DNA from: an uncultured bacterium
Lineage (GTDB): Bacteria; Joyebacterota; Joyebacteria; Joyebacterales; Joyebacteraceae
NCBI GenBank assembly: GCA_964516845.1
Contig: CAZEXP010000005.1
Span: 1,030-65,029 of the forward strand
Length of the DNA: 64,000 nucleotides
Direction of reading: 5' to 3'
Part shown: positions 41,126 through 50,646 of the stretch, piece after piece
Layout of the letters: every line of letters begins with the position of its first letter
How positions within the stretch are numbered: the first letter of the stretch is position 1
Notes under the pieces: model-generated
What the model was told of the DNA's origin: nothing
The model's input: the letters and a program-made list of their open reading frames with translations, nothing else
The model's database searches: none
Translations under genes and position numbers: made by a program

Positions 41126-41617
41126 GTGACCAAGGCGCTCTACCCGGGGACGTTCGATCCGATCACCAACGGTCATCTCGACCTCGTGCATCGGGCGCTG
41201 CGTCTCTTCGACGAGGTTGTCGTCGCCGTCGGTACGGCGAGAGACAAGGACCCGATGTTCACCGTGGATGAGCGCGTCGTGATGATCCGCGAGGCGACGG
41301 CCGACCTCGAAGGGATCTCCGTCGAGGCGTTCAGCGGTCTTCTCGTTGATGAGGTGCGGCGGTGCGGCGCGACCTCGATCATCCGAGGACTCCGGGCCGT
41401 CTCCGACTTCGAGTACGAGTTCCAGATGGCGCTGATGAACCGTCATCTTGCCCCGGAGGTCGAGACCGTCTTCCTCATGCCGAACAAGAACTACAGTTAT
41501 CTCGACTCGACGGTCGTGAAGGAGGTCGCGCTGCTCGGCGGTGATGCCAGCGGATTCGTTCCTCCGGTCGTGCTTGCGAGACTGCTCGAGCGACGGAAGA
41601 CACTGGGGCGTTCCTGA
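41126..41617 (+). CDS. coaD: Pantetheine-phosphate adenylyltransferase
   Basis: YPGTFDPITNGHLD and RGLRAVSDFEYEFQMA motifs; the start may instead be 41105. Confidence 0.97.
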   Translation: MTKALYPGTFDPITNGHLDLVHRALRLFDEVVVAVGTARDKDPMFTVDERVVMIREATADLEGISVEAFSGLLVDEVRRCGATSIIRGLRAVSDFEYEFQMALMNRHLAPEVETVFLMPNKNYSYLDSTVVKEVALLGGDASGFVPPVVLARLLERRKTLGRS

Positions 41618-41651
41618 CAGACCCCGCGGGCGCCCGTATTGGAGAGGCTGC

Positions 41652-43130
41652 ATGTCGCCACACGCGAGGGCCACGGCCCCCGTTCTGAAGCGGATCGCGC
41701 GCGCGGTGAGAGGACCCTCCTCGACACTGCGCGAGGATCTTGTCTGCTACGCGTTCGACGCGACCGACATCCACGCGCTCCCCGACATCGTCGTCTGGCC
41801 CGACTCGACCGAGGATGTTTCGGCCGTGGTCCGCATCGCGTGCGACGCCGGCCTTCCCGTCGTCGCACGAGGCGCGGGTACCGGCTACACGGGCGGCAGC
41901 GTGCCCGTGAGCGGCGGCGTCGTGCTTTCCTTCGAGCGGATGAACCGTGTCATGGCCATCGACACGACCGCGGCCGTCGCCGTGGTCGAACCGGGCGTCG
42001 TCAACGAGGATCTCAGGGCGCGCGCGATGGAAGACGGGCTGACCTATCCTCCCGACCCGGCCAGCCTCAAGATGTCGACGCTCGGCGGCAACATCGCCGA
42101 GTGCGCTGCAGGACCGAGGACCGTGCTGTATGGCAGGACCGGCGACTACGTCGTGGGGCTCGAGTTCGTCCTCGCGGATGGACACATCGTCCGGACCGGC
42201 TATCTTGCGGGCGGCCCCGCGGGCGATCTCGCGGGCGATCGCGCCGATACCTCCGGTTGGGATCCTGCGCCGCTCGTCGTCGGTTCGGAGGGGACGCTGG
42301 CCGTCGTCACCAGAGCGGCCTTGCGCCTGACCGACATCCCCGAACTGACGCTGACGTGCTGGGCCGAGTTCCCATCGCTGGTCGCGGCGGCGAGGGCTGT
42401 CGCTGACATCACCGCCGCTGGTGTGCCGGTGAGCGTGCTCGAGATCATCGACCGCGACACGCTCGCCTGCGCGATCGAGTACGTGCGTGGCGAGAGACCG
42501 GAGAACCCTCCCGCCGGGGCGCTTCTCATCGAACTCGAGGGGGCCGAGGAGGATGTCCGGCGCGGAGTCGACGAGGTTCGTCGGGTGCTGGAGGGCGGCG
42601 AGGCGACCGTACTCCGATGGGCCGAGGATGAGGCCGAGCGCGACGAGCTCTGGGAAGTCAGGCGTTCGATATCGGCATCGCTCGCGCGACTCTCCACGGG
42701 CAAGATCAACGAGGACATCGCCGTGCCGCGGAGCCGGATCCCGGACTTCGTCGACCGGATGCGGGACATCGCGGAGACCGCAGACCTTCCGATCCTGGCC
42801 TTCGGCCACGCCGGAGACGGCAACCTCCATGTGAACATCATGGTTGACCGGGCGGACCGGGGCCAGATGACGCGGGCGAGGAGCGCGGTGGCCGAACTCT
42901 TCGACGCTGCGATCTCGATGGACGGCACGCTCAGCGGCGAGCATGGCATCGGCATTACGAAGGCTGAACACCTCTCCCGGGAACTGGACGCGGTGGCGTT
43001 GGGGATGACCCGGGCTGTCAAACGGGCGCTCGATCCCGAAGGCACCATGAATCCCGAGAAGATCTTGAGCGATCGTCCCAATCCGTGGTGGACGGGTCTC
43101 GACGACGAGTCATCCACGGGTGAGGAGTAG
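41652..43130 (+). CDS. FAD-linked oxidase, GlcD/D-lactate dehydrogenase family
   Basis: RGAGTGYTGG, YPPDPAS, STLGGNIAE, GSEGTLAV, GHAGDGNLH and GEHGIG motifs. Confidence 0.9.
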   Translation: MSPHARATAPVLKRIARAVRGPSSTLREDLVCYAFDATDIHALPDIVVWPDSTEDVSAVVRIACDAGLPVVARGAGTGYTGGSVPVSGGVVLSFERMNRVMAIDTTAAVAVVEPGVVNEDLRARAMEDGLTYPPDPASLKMSTLGGNIAECAAGPRTVLYGRTGDYVVGLEFVLADGHIVRTGYLAGGPAGDLAGDRADTSGWDPAPLVVGSEGTLAVVTRAALRLTDIPELTLTCWAEFPSLVAAARAVADITAAGVPVSVLEIIDRDTLACAIEYVRGERPENPPAGALLIELEGAEEDVRRGVDEVRRVLEGGEATVLRWAEDEAERDELWEVRRSISASLARLSTGKINEDIAVPRSRIPDFVDRMRDIAETADLPILAFGHAGDGNLHVNIMVDRADRGQMTRARSAVAELFDAAISMDGTLSGEHGIGITKAEHLSRELDAVALGMTRAVKRALDPEGTMNPEKILSDRPNPWWTGLDDESSTGEE

Positions 43131-43133
43131 CGG

Positions 43134-44114
43134 ATGCTGATCGACAGTGCGACCGTTGAACTGAAGGCCGGCGACGGCGGCGACGGATGCAGGAGCTTCC
43201 GACGCGAGAAGTTCGTCCCCCGGGGCGGGCCCAACGGCGGCGATGGGGGCAGGGGCGGCGACATCATCTTCGAGGCCGATGGCGGACGTTCGACGCTTCT
43301 CGATTTCCGTTATCAGAGAAACTACAAGGCCGAGCGCGGCCGACACGGCGGCAGCTCCCGGAAGACAGGGCACGACGGCGCGGACATCACGCTGCGCGTT
43401 CCGGTCGGCACGGTCATCAGGAATCAGGAGACGGGCGAGATCATCGCGGACCTCGACGAGGCAGGCAAGAGGGTCGTCGTGGCAGCGGGCGGGCGCGGAG
43501 GCCGTGGGAACGCAAGGTTCGCAACCTCCACGGTCCAGGCGCCGATGCGCAGCGATCCCGGGAGACCGGGGGCTGAGGTCATCGTCGACCTCGAGCTCAA
43601 GCTGATCGCCGATGTGGGGCTCGTCGGACTCCCGAACGCCGGGAAGTCGACCATGCTCTCGGCTATCTCGGCGGCGCGGCCGAAGATCGGGGACTATCCG
43701 TTCACAACCCTGAGTCCCGTGCTCGGACTCGTGGAGTACGGGATCGACCGGGGCTTCGTCGTTGCGGACCTGCCGGGCATCATCGAGGGGGCGCATGAGG
43801 GCAAGGGGCTCGGCGACCGGTTCCTCAAGCACATCGAGCGAACGAAGGTTATCGTGCTGCTGGTCGATTCCTCGGACGAGGATCCCGGGGCCTCATACGA
43901 CGTCGTTCTCGGTGAACTCGAGCAGTACGGTGAGGGGCTGGCCGAGAAGCCGCGCATTGTCGTATTCACGAAGGCGGACGTCGGAGGGGACATCGACCCG
44001 GCCGGGACGAGGTTCGGAGGTGAGCGGACCCTGGTCGTGTCCTCCGTGAGCGGGCAGGGTATCGAAGAGATGAAGCGCGCCATCCGGGAGCTTCTGGACA
44101 GCGCGGAATCATAG
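43134..44114 (+). CDS. obgE: Obg GTPase
   Basis: Gly-rich Obg domain, GLPNAGKST, YPFTTL and ADLPGIIEGAHEG motifs. Confidence 0.97.
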   Translation: MLIDSATVELKAGDGGDGCRSFRREKFVPRGGPNGGDGGRGGDIIFEADGGRSTLLDFRYQRNYKAERGRHGGSSRKTGHDGADITLRVPVGTVIRNQETGEIIADLDEAGKRVVVAAGGRGGRGNARFATSTVQAPMRSDPGRPGAEVIVDLELKLIADVGLVGLPNAGKSTMLSAISAARPKIGDYPFTTLSPVLGLVEYGIDRGFVVADLPGIIEGAHEGKGLGDRFLKHIERTKVIVLLVDSSDEDPGASYDVVLGELEQYGEGLAEKPRIVVFTKADVGGDIDPAGTRFGGERTLVVSSVSGQGIEEMKRAIRELLDSAES

Positions 44115-44216
44115 AGACGCATGCGTGCGGCAGTGCCGCACCCGAGGGTACGCGAGGGCAGGGGCCGACCAGGGGTCGGCTGGCAATGGGATGGGGTTTC
44201 ACGGGGAGGTGGTGGG

Positions 44217-45314
44217 GTGGAGGAGCACAAGGCGGCACTGATTTTTCTCATGGCTGATGGTGTCGGAGCTGCGACCGCGGCACGACTTCGCGAACGGTAC
44301 GGCTCATTCGACAACGCACTGACCGCGGCGCTGCGTGGTCGGGCACAGGTCGCTCGGTTGAAACGCCGCGCTCTCGGGACCGCCGTACGCGACCATGTAT
44401 GGGACCTTCAGCTCGACGCGGCTGCCGGACTTGGCGCGCGCTTCGTGACATTCGGGAGTGCGGGCTATCCGGATCCACTGACGCGGATAGCGAGACCGCC
44501 GGTGGGTCTGTTCGTCCGTGGGCGCGGATTTCCGGACGGGCGCCCGATGCTCGCTATCGTCGGTTCGCGCGCGGCGACGCCGCGGGGACGACTCTTCGCC
44601 CGCGAGCTCGCGGCATCGCTCGCCGCGGCGGGGCTGACGATCGTCAGCGGTCTCGCCCGTGGGATCGATACCGCGGCCCACGAGGGAGCGCTTGACGCGG
44701 GTGGCGCGACCATCGCCGTTCTCGGGTCGGGGCTCGACCGCATCTATCCGCGGGAGAACACGGGTCTCGCACGGCGCATTGCGACGTCGGGAGCCGTCGT
44801 CACCGAGTTTCCCTTCGGCGCGAGTCCCCTCGCCGAGCACTTCCCGATGCGGAACCGCATCGTCGCCGGGTGCTCCGCGGGCGTGCTCGTCGTCGAGGCG
44901 GGGGAGAGAAGTGGCGCTCTGATCACGGCGTCGATGGCTCTCGAGGAGGGTCGAGAGGTGTTCGCCGTTCCCGGCGCGCCGGATGACCCCGGCGCGCGCG
45001 GACCGAACGGACTCCTCAGATGCGGCGCCAAGCTCGTCGAGCGCGCCGCGGACGTCCTCGACGAACTCGAAGGGGCGTGGGGACCGTTCGGGGACGTGGC
45101 ATCCCCCGGGGAGCCCTCCGCGGACGACGCGGGCGGCGGCCACACGCCGACCGGAGACGGTGTGCGCGACCTTCTCGGCACCAGGCCACTGAGTGCCGGT
45201 GAGATCGCGACGAAGCTCGGCGTCCCGGTACGGGAGATCCTCGAGAGGCTGGTTGAACTGGAGCTTGCGGGACTCGCGCGTGCCTGGCCCGGCGGCCGGT
45301 ACACTCGAAGGTGA
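44217..45314 (+). CDS. dprA: DNA processing protein DprA
   Basis: AIVGSR, VSGLARGIDTAAH, FPMRNRIVAG, VVEAGERSGALIT and a C-terminal winged helix; the start is inferred at GTG 44217. Confidence 0.95.
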   Translation: MEEHKAALIFLMADGVGAATAARLRERYGSFDNALTAALRGRAQVARLKRRALGTAVRDHVWDLQLDAAAGLGARFVTFGSAGYPDPLTRIARPPVGLFVRGRGFPDGRPMLAIVGSRAATPRGRLFARELAASLAAAGLTIVSGLARGIDTAAHEGALDAGGATIAVLGSGLDRIYPRENTGLARRIATSGAVVTEFPFGASPLAEHFPMRNRIVAGCSAGVLVVEAGERSGALITASMALEEGREVFAVPGAPDDPGARGPNGLLRCGAKLVERAADVLDELEGAWGPFGDVASPGEPSADDAGGGHTPTGDGVRDLLGTRPLSAGEIATKLGVPVREILERLVELELAGLARAWPGGRYTRR

Positions 45315-45380
45315 CGGATCGGTGCGCAGCCGACTGCGACCGGGTCGATGAGCGGGACGCGTTGCATGGGAGACACAGTG

Positions 45381-46520
45381 ATGCCGAAGCAGAGGGCCGT
45401 CGTTGCGATCGCGCGGAGCGCCGACTACGAACTTGCCGGGATACGCGCGGCGGTGACGATGGCCGTCGACGCGGTGGGCGGGATGTCGAAGTACGTCCGG
45501 CCCGGTCAGAGGGTCCTCATCAAACCGAACCTTCTCTCCGCGAAGAGCCCCGAGCGAGCCATCACGACCCATCCGTCCGTTCTCGAGGCCATCATCGAAC
45601 TCGTGCGGGGCGCGGGCGGTGAGCCGACGATCGGAGACAGCCCCGGGGGCGCGATCCGGGGTGTCGAGCGTGTCTGGATCAACACGGGCATGCAGGAACT
45701 CTGTGAGCGGATGGACGTTCCGCTCGTGAGCTTCGAGGCCGCGGGCTCCGTGAGCCTCGCGGGAGCGGAGCGGGAGTACATGATCGCGCGTACCGTCATC
45801 GAGGCGGACGTCGTCATCAACGTCCCCAAGCTCAAGACCCACATGCTCACGCTCTACACGGGCGCCATCAAGAACACGTTCGGGGCCGTCCCTGGATTCG
45901 GGAAGGCCCGTCTGCACAACCTCGCCGGACGCCCCGCCCCGTTCAGCCGGTTCCTCGTCGATGTCCATGCGCTGGTTCATCCGGCTCTCAATATCATGGA
46001 CGGGGTCGTGGCGATGGAGGGGGACGGTCCGTCGGGCGGGAAGGCGAGATATGTGGGCGCCGTGATGGCGAGTTCCGACGCGGTCGCGATGGACACGGTG
46101 GCGGCCGGAATGCTCGGCATGGACGTGAAGCGCGTGCACATGATCCGCCTCGCGGCCGAACGGGGTCTGGGGACCGACGACTCCGAGGGGATCGATGTCG
46201 TGGGGGAGTCTCCGGACTCGTTCGACACGACCGGCTTCAAGCTTCCGGGCACGGGCATCCTCAACTACATTCCGGACCCGCTCGTGCGCGCGCTCAAGCC
46301 GCTCATCTGGATCCTTCCTGAGATGTCGAAGGAGTGGGGATGTGTGGGGGAACGTTGCGGACTCTGCGTGAGAAGCTGTCCGGTGAACGCCATCACGATG
46401 ACCGACGACGGTCCCGTCGTCGATCGGAAGACGTGCGTCGAGTGTCTCTGCTGTCACGAGGTCTGTCCGCACCAGGCGGTACGGATCAAGCTCTCGTGGC
46501 TGGCTGGCAAATTCGCCTGA
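45381..46520 (+). CDS. DUF362 protein with a C-terminal 2x[4Fe-4S] ferredoxin domain
   Basis: VLIKPNLL, TTHPSV, INVPKLKTH, DGVVAMEGDGP, CGLCVRSCP and CVECLCCHEVCP motifs. Confidence 0.88.
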   Translation: MPKQRAVVAIARSADYELAGIRAAVTMAVDAVGGMSKYVRPGQRVLIKPNLLSAKSPERAITTHPSVLEAIIELVRGAGGEPTIGDSPGGAIRGVERVWINTGMQELCERMDVPLVSFEAAGSVSLAGAEREYMIARTVIEADVVINVPKLKTHMLTLYTGAIKNTFGAVPGFGKARLHNLAGRPAPFSRFLVDVHALVHPALNIMDGVVAMEGDGPSGGKARYVGAVMASSDAVAMDTVAAGMLGMDVKRVHMIRLAAERGLGTDDSEGIDVVGESPDSFDTTGFKLPGTGILNYIPDPLVRALKPLIWILPEMSKEWGCVGERCGLCVRSCPVNAITMTDDGPVVDRKTCVECLCCHEVCPHQAVRIKLSWLAGKFA

Positions 46521-46539
46521 GCGAACAGGGGAGTCGGCA

Positions 46540-47451
46540 GTGGCGCGAGAGCGGAAGACCACCATGTCGCACCGGCTTGAGTACGCCGCCGTCCGTGCGT
46601 TCCAGGGCTTGATCTGCGCCCTGCCCGCGGATGCGGCGCGCGAACTTGGAGCGGCATTCGGTGGGTTCGCATGGTCGCCGCTTGGCATCCGTCGGCGTGT
46701 CGTGCTCGAGCAGATCGAACGCGCGCTGGGTCCCGGTATCGCCCCGGAGGAACTGAACCGGATCGCCCGCGAGTCCTTTCGCAATTTCGGTCGGATGACC
46801 TTCGAATACGCGCGGTTCTCGCGATTGACGCCCGCGGACATCGAGCGCACCGTCTCGGTAACGGGGCGGGAGCATCTCGACGCTGCGCTCGAGGCCGGCA
46901 AGGGCGCCATCATCCCCTCGGGCCATTTCGGGAACTGGGAGTACTACGCCACGATCGCGGTGATGGGCTACCCCATCACGTTCCTCGTCGGTGAGCAGCA
47001 CAACCTCCTCGTCGACGGGGTCATGAACCGGCTGAGGGCGCGGTTCGGGGGCGAGATCGTGCCGATGACGGGCAGCCTTCGGGGGATCTTCCGAGCCCTG
47101 CAGTCGAACCGGCTCGTGTTGTGGCTCTCGGATCAGGACGCCGGCAAGCGGGGTGTGTTCGTCGATTTCCTCGGCCGGCCCGCCTCGACGCCGTATGGCG
47201 CCGGCCGGTTCGCCGAGTCGACCGGCGCGCCGCTCCTTCCGGCGATGATCGTGCGTCACGACGGGGGAAGGCACGAGATCGTCGTCAGCCCGCCGGTGTC
47301 GGTCCCGGACCCGGGTCTTGAGTCGGACGAGCGTGTCCGGCTACTGACACAGGGCTACACGGACGTATTCGAGCAGTTCATCAGACGACATCCCGAGCAG
47401 TACTTCTGGATGCACAGGCGCTGGAAGACGCGCCCTTCCGCGGAGGTATAG
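46540..47451 (+). CDS. Lipid A (LpxL/HtrB-type) acyltransferase
   Basis: GHFGNWE, DQDAGKRGVFVDFLG and PEQYFWMHRRWK motifs. Confidence 0.9.
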   Translation: MARERKTTMSHRLEYAAVRAFQGLICALPADAARELGAAFGGFAWSPLGIRRRVVLEQIERALGPGIAPEELNRIARESFRNFGRMTFEYARFSRLTPADIERTVSVTGREHLDAALEAGKGAIIPSGHFGNWEYYATIAVMGYPITFLVGEQHNLLVDGVMNRLRARFGGEIVPMTGSLRGIFRALQSNRLVLWLSDQDAGKRGVFVDFLGRPASTPYGAGRFAESTGAPLLPAMIVRHDGGRHEIVVSPPVSVPDPGLESDERVRLLTQGYTDVFEQFIRRHPEQYFWMHRRWKTRPSAEV

Positions 47452-47529
47452 ACAGTCGTTGCCGACGCCCAGGCGCCCGCAGGCACCGTGCGGCGGGCGA
47501 GGGTCGAAACCGCGCGCACGCGAACAGAA

Positions 47530-47560
47530 AACGGGGGAACCGCCTGGCGGTTCCCCCGTT
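47530..47560 (-). terminator. Rho-independent terminator between convergent genes
   Basis: 15-bp perfect inverted repeat AACGGGGGAACCGCC / GGCGGTTCCCCCGTT, followed by TTTCTGTT on the - strand. Confidence 0.85.
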
Positions 47561-47599
47561 CAGTCTGTCTGCTGCGGTCGGGCCGAAGCCCGATGAGTG

Positions 47600-48481
47600 C
47601 TACATGTTGCTCCAACCGAGCCAGAGGCCAACGCCCCACTCGGAGGTCACGTTCTGACCCATGAGGACGTAGTGGATGTCGAAACCGACGTCCATGCCGT
47701 TGTCCATCAGGTAGACGACGCCCGGGTTCAGCGAGACCATGTTCATCGCGCTGTCCTCGATCGTCTCGCCATCGAACTCGTCTTCGCTGCCGAAGAAGCC
47801 GTCCACTGCGACCTTGAGGTCAAGCATGTCGCTCATCGGGTAGCGGTAGCAGGCGAGGAAGTGGATCTCGGAACCGCACTTGTACTCGGCCGTCTCACGC
47901 ACGTACACGTCGACGTCCTGCGCGCCGAACATCCGGTAGCCGGCCTGAACGCCGAACATACCAGGACCGGCCGGCATGCCGAGCATGACAGCGGCGTCAA
48001 AGTCGGTCGTGCCACTGCCGGTCGGGCCGTTGTCCTCGTCGCCCTCATCGTCGCCGGTCGGGAGCTTGACGCCCAGGCGGGCGCTCATCATGGGCTCGGG
48101 CAGGAACATGTACTTGGCCGTGATCCACGTGTCGCCGAGACCCGAGGCGTCGTAGTCGCCCTCAACATAGATATCGGTAGTGCTGTTCATCCAGAAGACC
48201 GGCTGGACGCCGACCTCGAGCTGGTCCATGACGCTGTAGTACAGGTTGATCGGGATGCCCATGGTCGTCATGGCCATGTCACCCTCGAAGTCCTGCTTCT
48301 CGCCCTCTTCGTCGTACCAGCCATTGGCCGAGAGGTAGATGATGCCGCCGGTGACACCGAAGGTACCGGCATCATGCGTCATCACCGAGTCGTTCGTGTA
48401 CAGCCTGTCCCACGCGCCGGCGTTGACAGCCATAGCCAGCACCAATGTCACGAGCATGATCGAAAGTACGCTGCGTCTCAT
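47600..48481 (-). CDS. Acidic outer-membrane barrel protein (transporter / MetA-pathway-like family)
   Basis: Signal peptide ending AGA-W; SGLGDTWITAKY, LGVKLPTGD and GSGTTDF motifs; terminal aromatic strand. Confidence 0.7.
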   Translation of the reverse strand: MRRSVLSIMLVTLVLAMAVNAGAWDRLYTNDSVMTHDAGTFGVTGGIIYLSANGWYDEEGEKQDFEGDMAMTTMGIPINLYYSVMDQLEVGVQPVFWMNSTTDIYVEGDYDASGLGDTWITAKYMFLPEPMMSARLGVKLPTGDDEGDEDNGPTGSGTTDFDAAVMLGMPAGPGMFGVQAGYRMFGAQDVDVYVRETAEYKCGSEIHFLACYRYPMSDMLDLKVAVDGFFGSEDEFDGETIEDSAMNMVSLNPGVVYLMDNGMDVGFDIHYVLMGQNVTSEWGVGLWLGWSNM

Positions 48482-48758
48482 TACTTAACCCCCTGATTGA
48501 ACCCTGCGCTTTGACTCCGCCAACATTACCAACACTCTCGAACTTCCCTGGTTTCCCAGCTGGTTCTCCGTGCCTTTGTACCTCCCTCCGGATTCATGGG
48601 TGCCCCTTCGGGACATCCAGTGGACCGTAGAAAGCCTTTCATGTTCAGTCCGACCGCCCGTCCAGCCTCCGGGTTTCGGCCAGGTCGGAATCCGACCGAG
48701 CCTCGGAGAGGCCGCGCGTATCCTTCTCTCCAGTCCTCCCTGCCTAACGGGGCAGAGT

Positions 48759-49049
48759 CTACTGGAAGCCTATCTGCTTGTCCGTCTGCTCCTTGCCGAC
48801 AGCCTGGATCTCGCCGTGTTTGGCCTCGTACTTCTGGATGTTGCCCGCGAGGGCCTGTGCGAAGGCCTTCACGTTCTGCGGGGCCATCACGATCCTCGCG
48901 TGGACCCGGCTCTTCTTGGTCCCCGGGAGTACCCGGATGAAGTCGACCACGAACTCCGCAGGGGAGTGGGTGATCACGGCGAAGTTGGCGTATACGCCCT
49001 CCGCCTCCTCATCACGGAGCTCGATGTTGATCTTCTTCTGCTCGGCCAC
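48759..49049 (-). CDS. DUF3467-family protein
   Basis: AEGVYANFAVITHSPAEFVVDF...ARIVMAPQNVKAF...YEAKHGEI...IGF; GTG 49049 follows a GGAGAGG RBS. Confidence 0.9.
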   Translation of the reverse strand: MAEQKKINIELRDEEAEGVYANFAVITHSPAEFVVDFIRVLPGTKKSRVHARIVMAPQNVKAFAQALAGNIQKYEAKHGEIQAVGKEQTDKQIGFQ

Positions 49050-49107
49050 TGGCTGCGCCTCTCCGTCTGCCGCCAGCCGGGCGGCCGTTGAACCATCGGT
49101 TTGCGCT

Positions 49108-49136
49108 AAGATAGGAGTGGCGTGGAGGGGTGTCAA
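49108..49136 (-). promoter_or_regulatory. sigma70-type promoter for the DUF3467 gene
   Basis: On the - strand: TTGACA, 17-nt spacer, TATCTT. Confidence 0.75.
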
Positions 49137-49352
49137 GCCCTTTTTGGGTGGGCCGTTAGCAAGCTCCGTGCCACCGGAATGAGAGACGATTCGGAATGCG
49201 GCGTGCCGCGCGACCGTTCCGCGAGGGTTTCGCTGCCGGCCGCGGGAAGACGACGCGCGCCGAGTCACCCGATGGCGGGCGGGCGAGTACACCGTCTGCC
49301 ACGATGAGCAAGCGCGGAAAGTGACGGCTGTGACCTTTAGCGAACATTCCTC

Positions 49353-49421
49353 TTGACACATTTTGGAGGAAGTGATATCTTGACCATGGTGATTGACACG
49401 TGTAATAATCTGTGCTAATGG
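49353..49421 (+). promoter_or_regulatory. Cluster of tandem sigma70-like promoter elements
   Basis: TTGACA (49353), 17-nt spacer, TGa-TATCTT (49376-49381); further TTGACC (49380) and TTGACA (49393) hexamers with weaker -10 matches. Confidence 0.7.
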
Positions 49422-49486
49422 ACAACGAGCTACACCCTGCGATCCAACAGCTTTGTCAGTTGTCCGGACTGTAGACTGGAGGGGCT

Positions 49487-50344
49487 ATGGTTGCGGAACT
49501 GAACAGGCTGGACGCGAGAACCGTCGCGCCCGACCTCGAACGCGAAGAGATAGTCCAGACGTATGAGGACGTCTCAACGAAGCGGCGTAGGCGGTTTCCG
49601 AACAACTTCTTCGAAGGGGCCACGGGCAAACAGCGCGCCGGCACCATCACGCGCTACCTTCTCGAGGACAAGCTTGAGATCGCGGTCGAGGACATTCCTC
49701 GCGCCATCCACAAGAAGCTCTTCTATGACAACGGGCTGACCTGGATGCTGGGCAGCTGCTTCGACTGGTCGCCGTACAAGGCGATCGACAATGCGTATCC
49801 AGGTCGATTCCACAAGTGGCAGTTCAATGTCAAGGGCATGTGGCAGGGACCGGACCGGTTCAAGCTCGCGGCCGAGGCGACGCGCTGGATGATCGAGGAG
49901 AAGGAAGGCTGCTCGGTCGAAGAGATCCCGCAGCGTATCTCGGCAACGACCTTCGGGAAGTACAACCTGCGAGGGATGCTCTCGGTGTGCTTCCGCGGTT
50001 CGTTCTTCCGGGCCATCGAGAATGCCTACCCCGGTCGGTTCTACCCGTGGGAATTCAGGAACGTTCCGAAGAATTTCTGGCAGGGTGCGAAAGGGCTGGA
50101 GAACGCTCGCAGGGCCACGCGCTGGCTCGTCGAGGACAGGCTGGGCGTGCCGCGGGATCGCGTCTTCCAGGACGTGACGTACCATCTGTTCAGGGAGTAC
50201 GGGCTCGGCGGGATGCTGACGGGCTGCTTCAAGGGGTCATCCATCCAGGCGCTCCACAATGGCTACCCGGACCTCATCGTGCCGGAGCATCCGAAGCGCA
50301 AACCGCGCCGCAGACGCAAGATCGAACCTGTCAAACTGACTTGA
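49487..50344 (+). CDS. DUF4046-like protein with three internal ~75-aa repeats
   Basis: Repeated TR(Y/W)(L/M)xE...GML..CF..S...A..NAYPG.F..W.F units; basic tail KRKPRRRRK; GGAGGGG RBS. Confidence 0.8.
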   Translation: MVAELNRLDARTVAPDLEREEIVQTYEDVSTKRRRRFPNNFFEGATGKQRAGTITRYLLEDKLEIAVEDIPRAIHKKLFYDNGLTWMLGSCFDWSPYKAIDNAYPGRFHKWQFNVKGMWQGPDRFKLAAEATRWMIEEKEGCSVEEIPQRISATTFGKYNLRGMLSVCFRGSFFRAIENAYPGRFYPWEFRNVPKNFWQGAKGLENARRATRWLVEDRLGVPRDRVFQDVTYHLFREYGLGGMLTGCFKGSSIQALHNGYPDLIVPEHPKRKPRRRRKIEPVKLT

Positions 50345-50354
50345 TCCGGCAGCC

Positions 50355-50539
50355 GCCGATTCGAGCTGGCTCGAATCGGCCAAGCTGACGCGCTTGCGCG
50401 TCAGCCAGCCGCTGACGTAGAACCAAGCATGCTGAACCGGCTCCGCCGGTTCAGCCCTCGCCGGACGGGAGTGATGGCGAGACAGACCAATCCGAATACG
50501 GCAAGCAACGGACGGCCGTCCCGAATGGGGCGGCCGTCC
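50355..50539. repeat. Four GC inverted repeats in one intergenic region
   Basis: Stems at 50355-50380 (12 bp), 50384-50405 (10 bp), 50431-50455 (10 bp) and 50510-50539 (13 bp with one G-U). Confidence 0.8.
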
Positions 50540-50568
50540 TTGACTTGCGGGGGACACTGCAATAGCAT
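50540..50568 (+). promoter_or_regulatory. sigma70-type promoter for rfaE1/rfaE2
   Basis: TTGACT, 17-nt spacer, TAGCAT. Confidence 0.6.
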
Positions 50569-50646
50569 CGCCGTGCCGTGTGGTTGCCGGAGACGTGCGT
50601 CCGGGGCGGCATCTGACATGGTGGACGCCATCGGAAAGGAGACCCC

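Noticed and set aside
44164-44180. Terminator between obgE and dprA (GCCGACC/GGTCGGC)
   Set aside because: Short 7-bp stem with no U-tract; not distinguishable from background.
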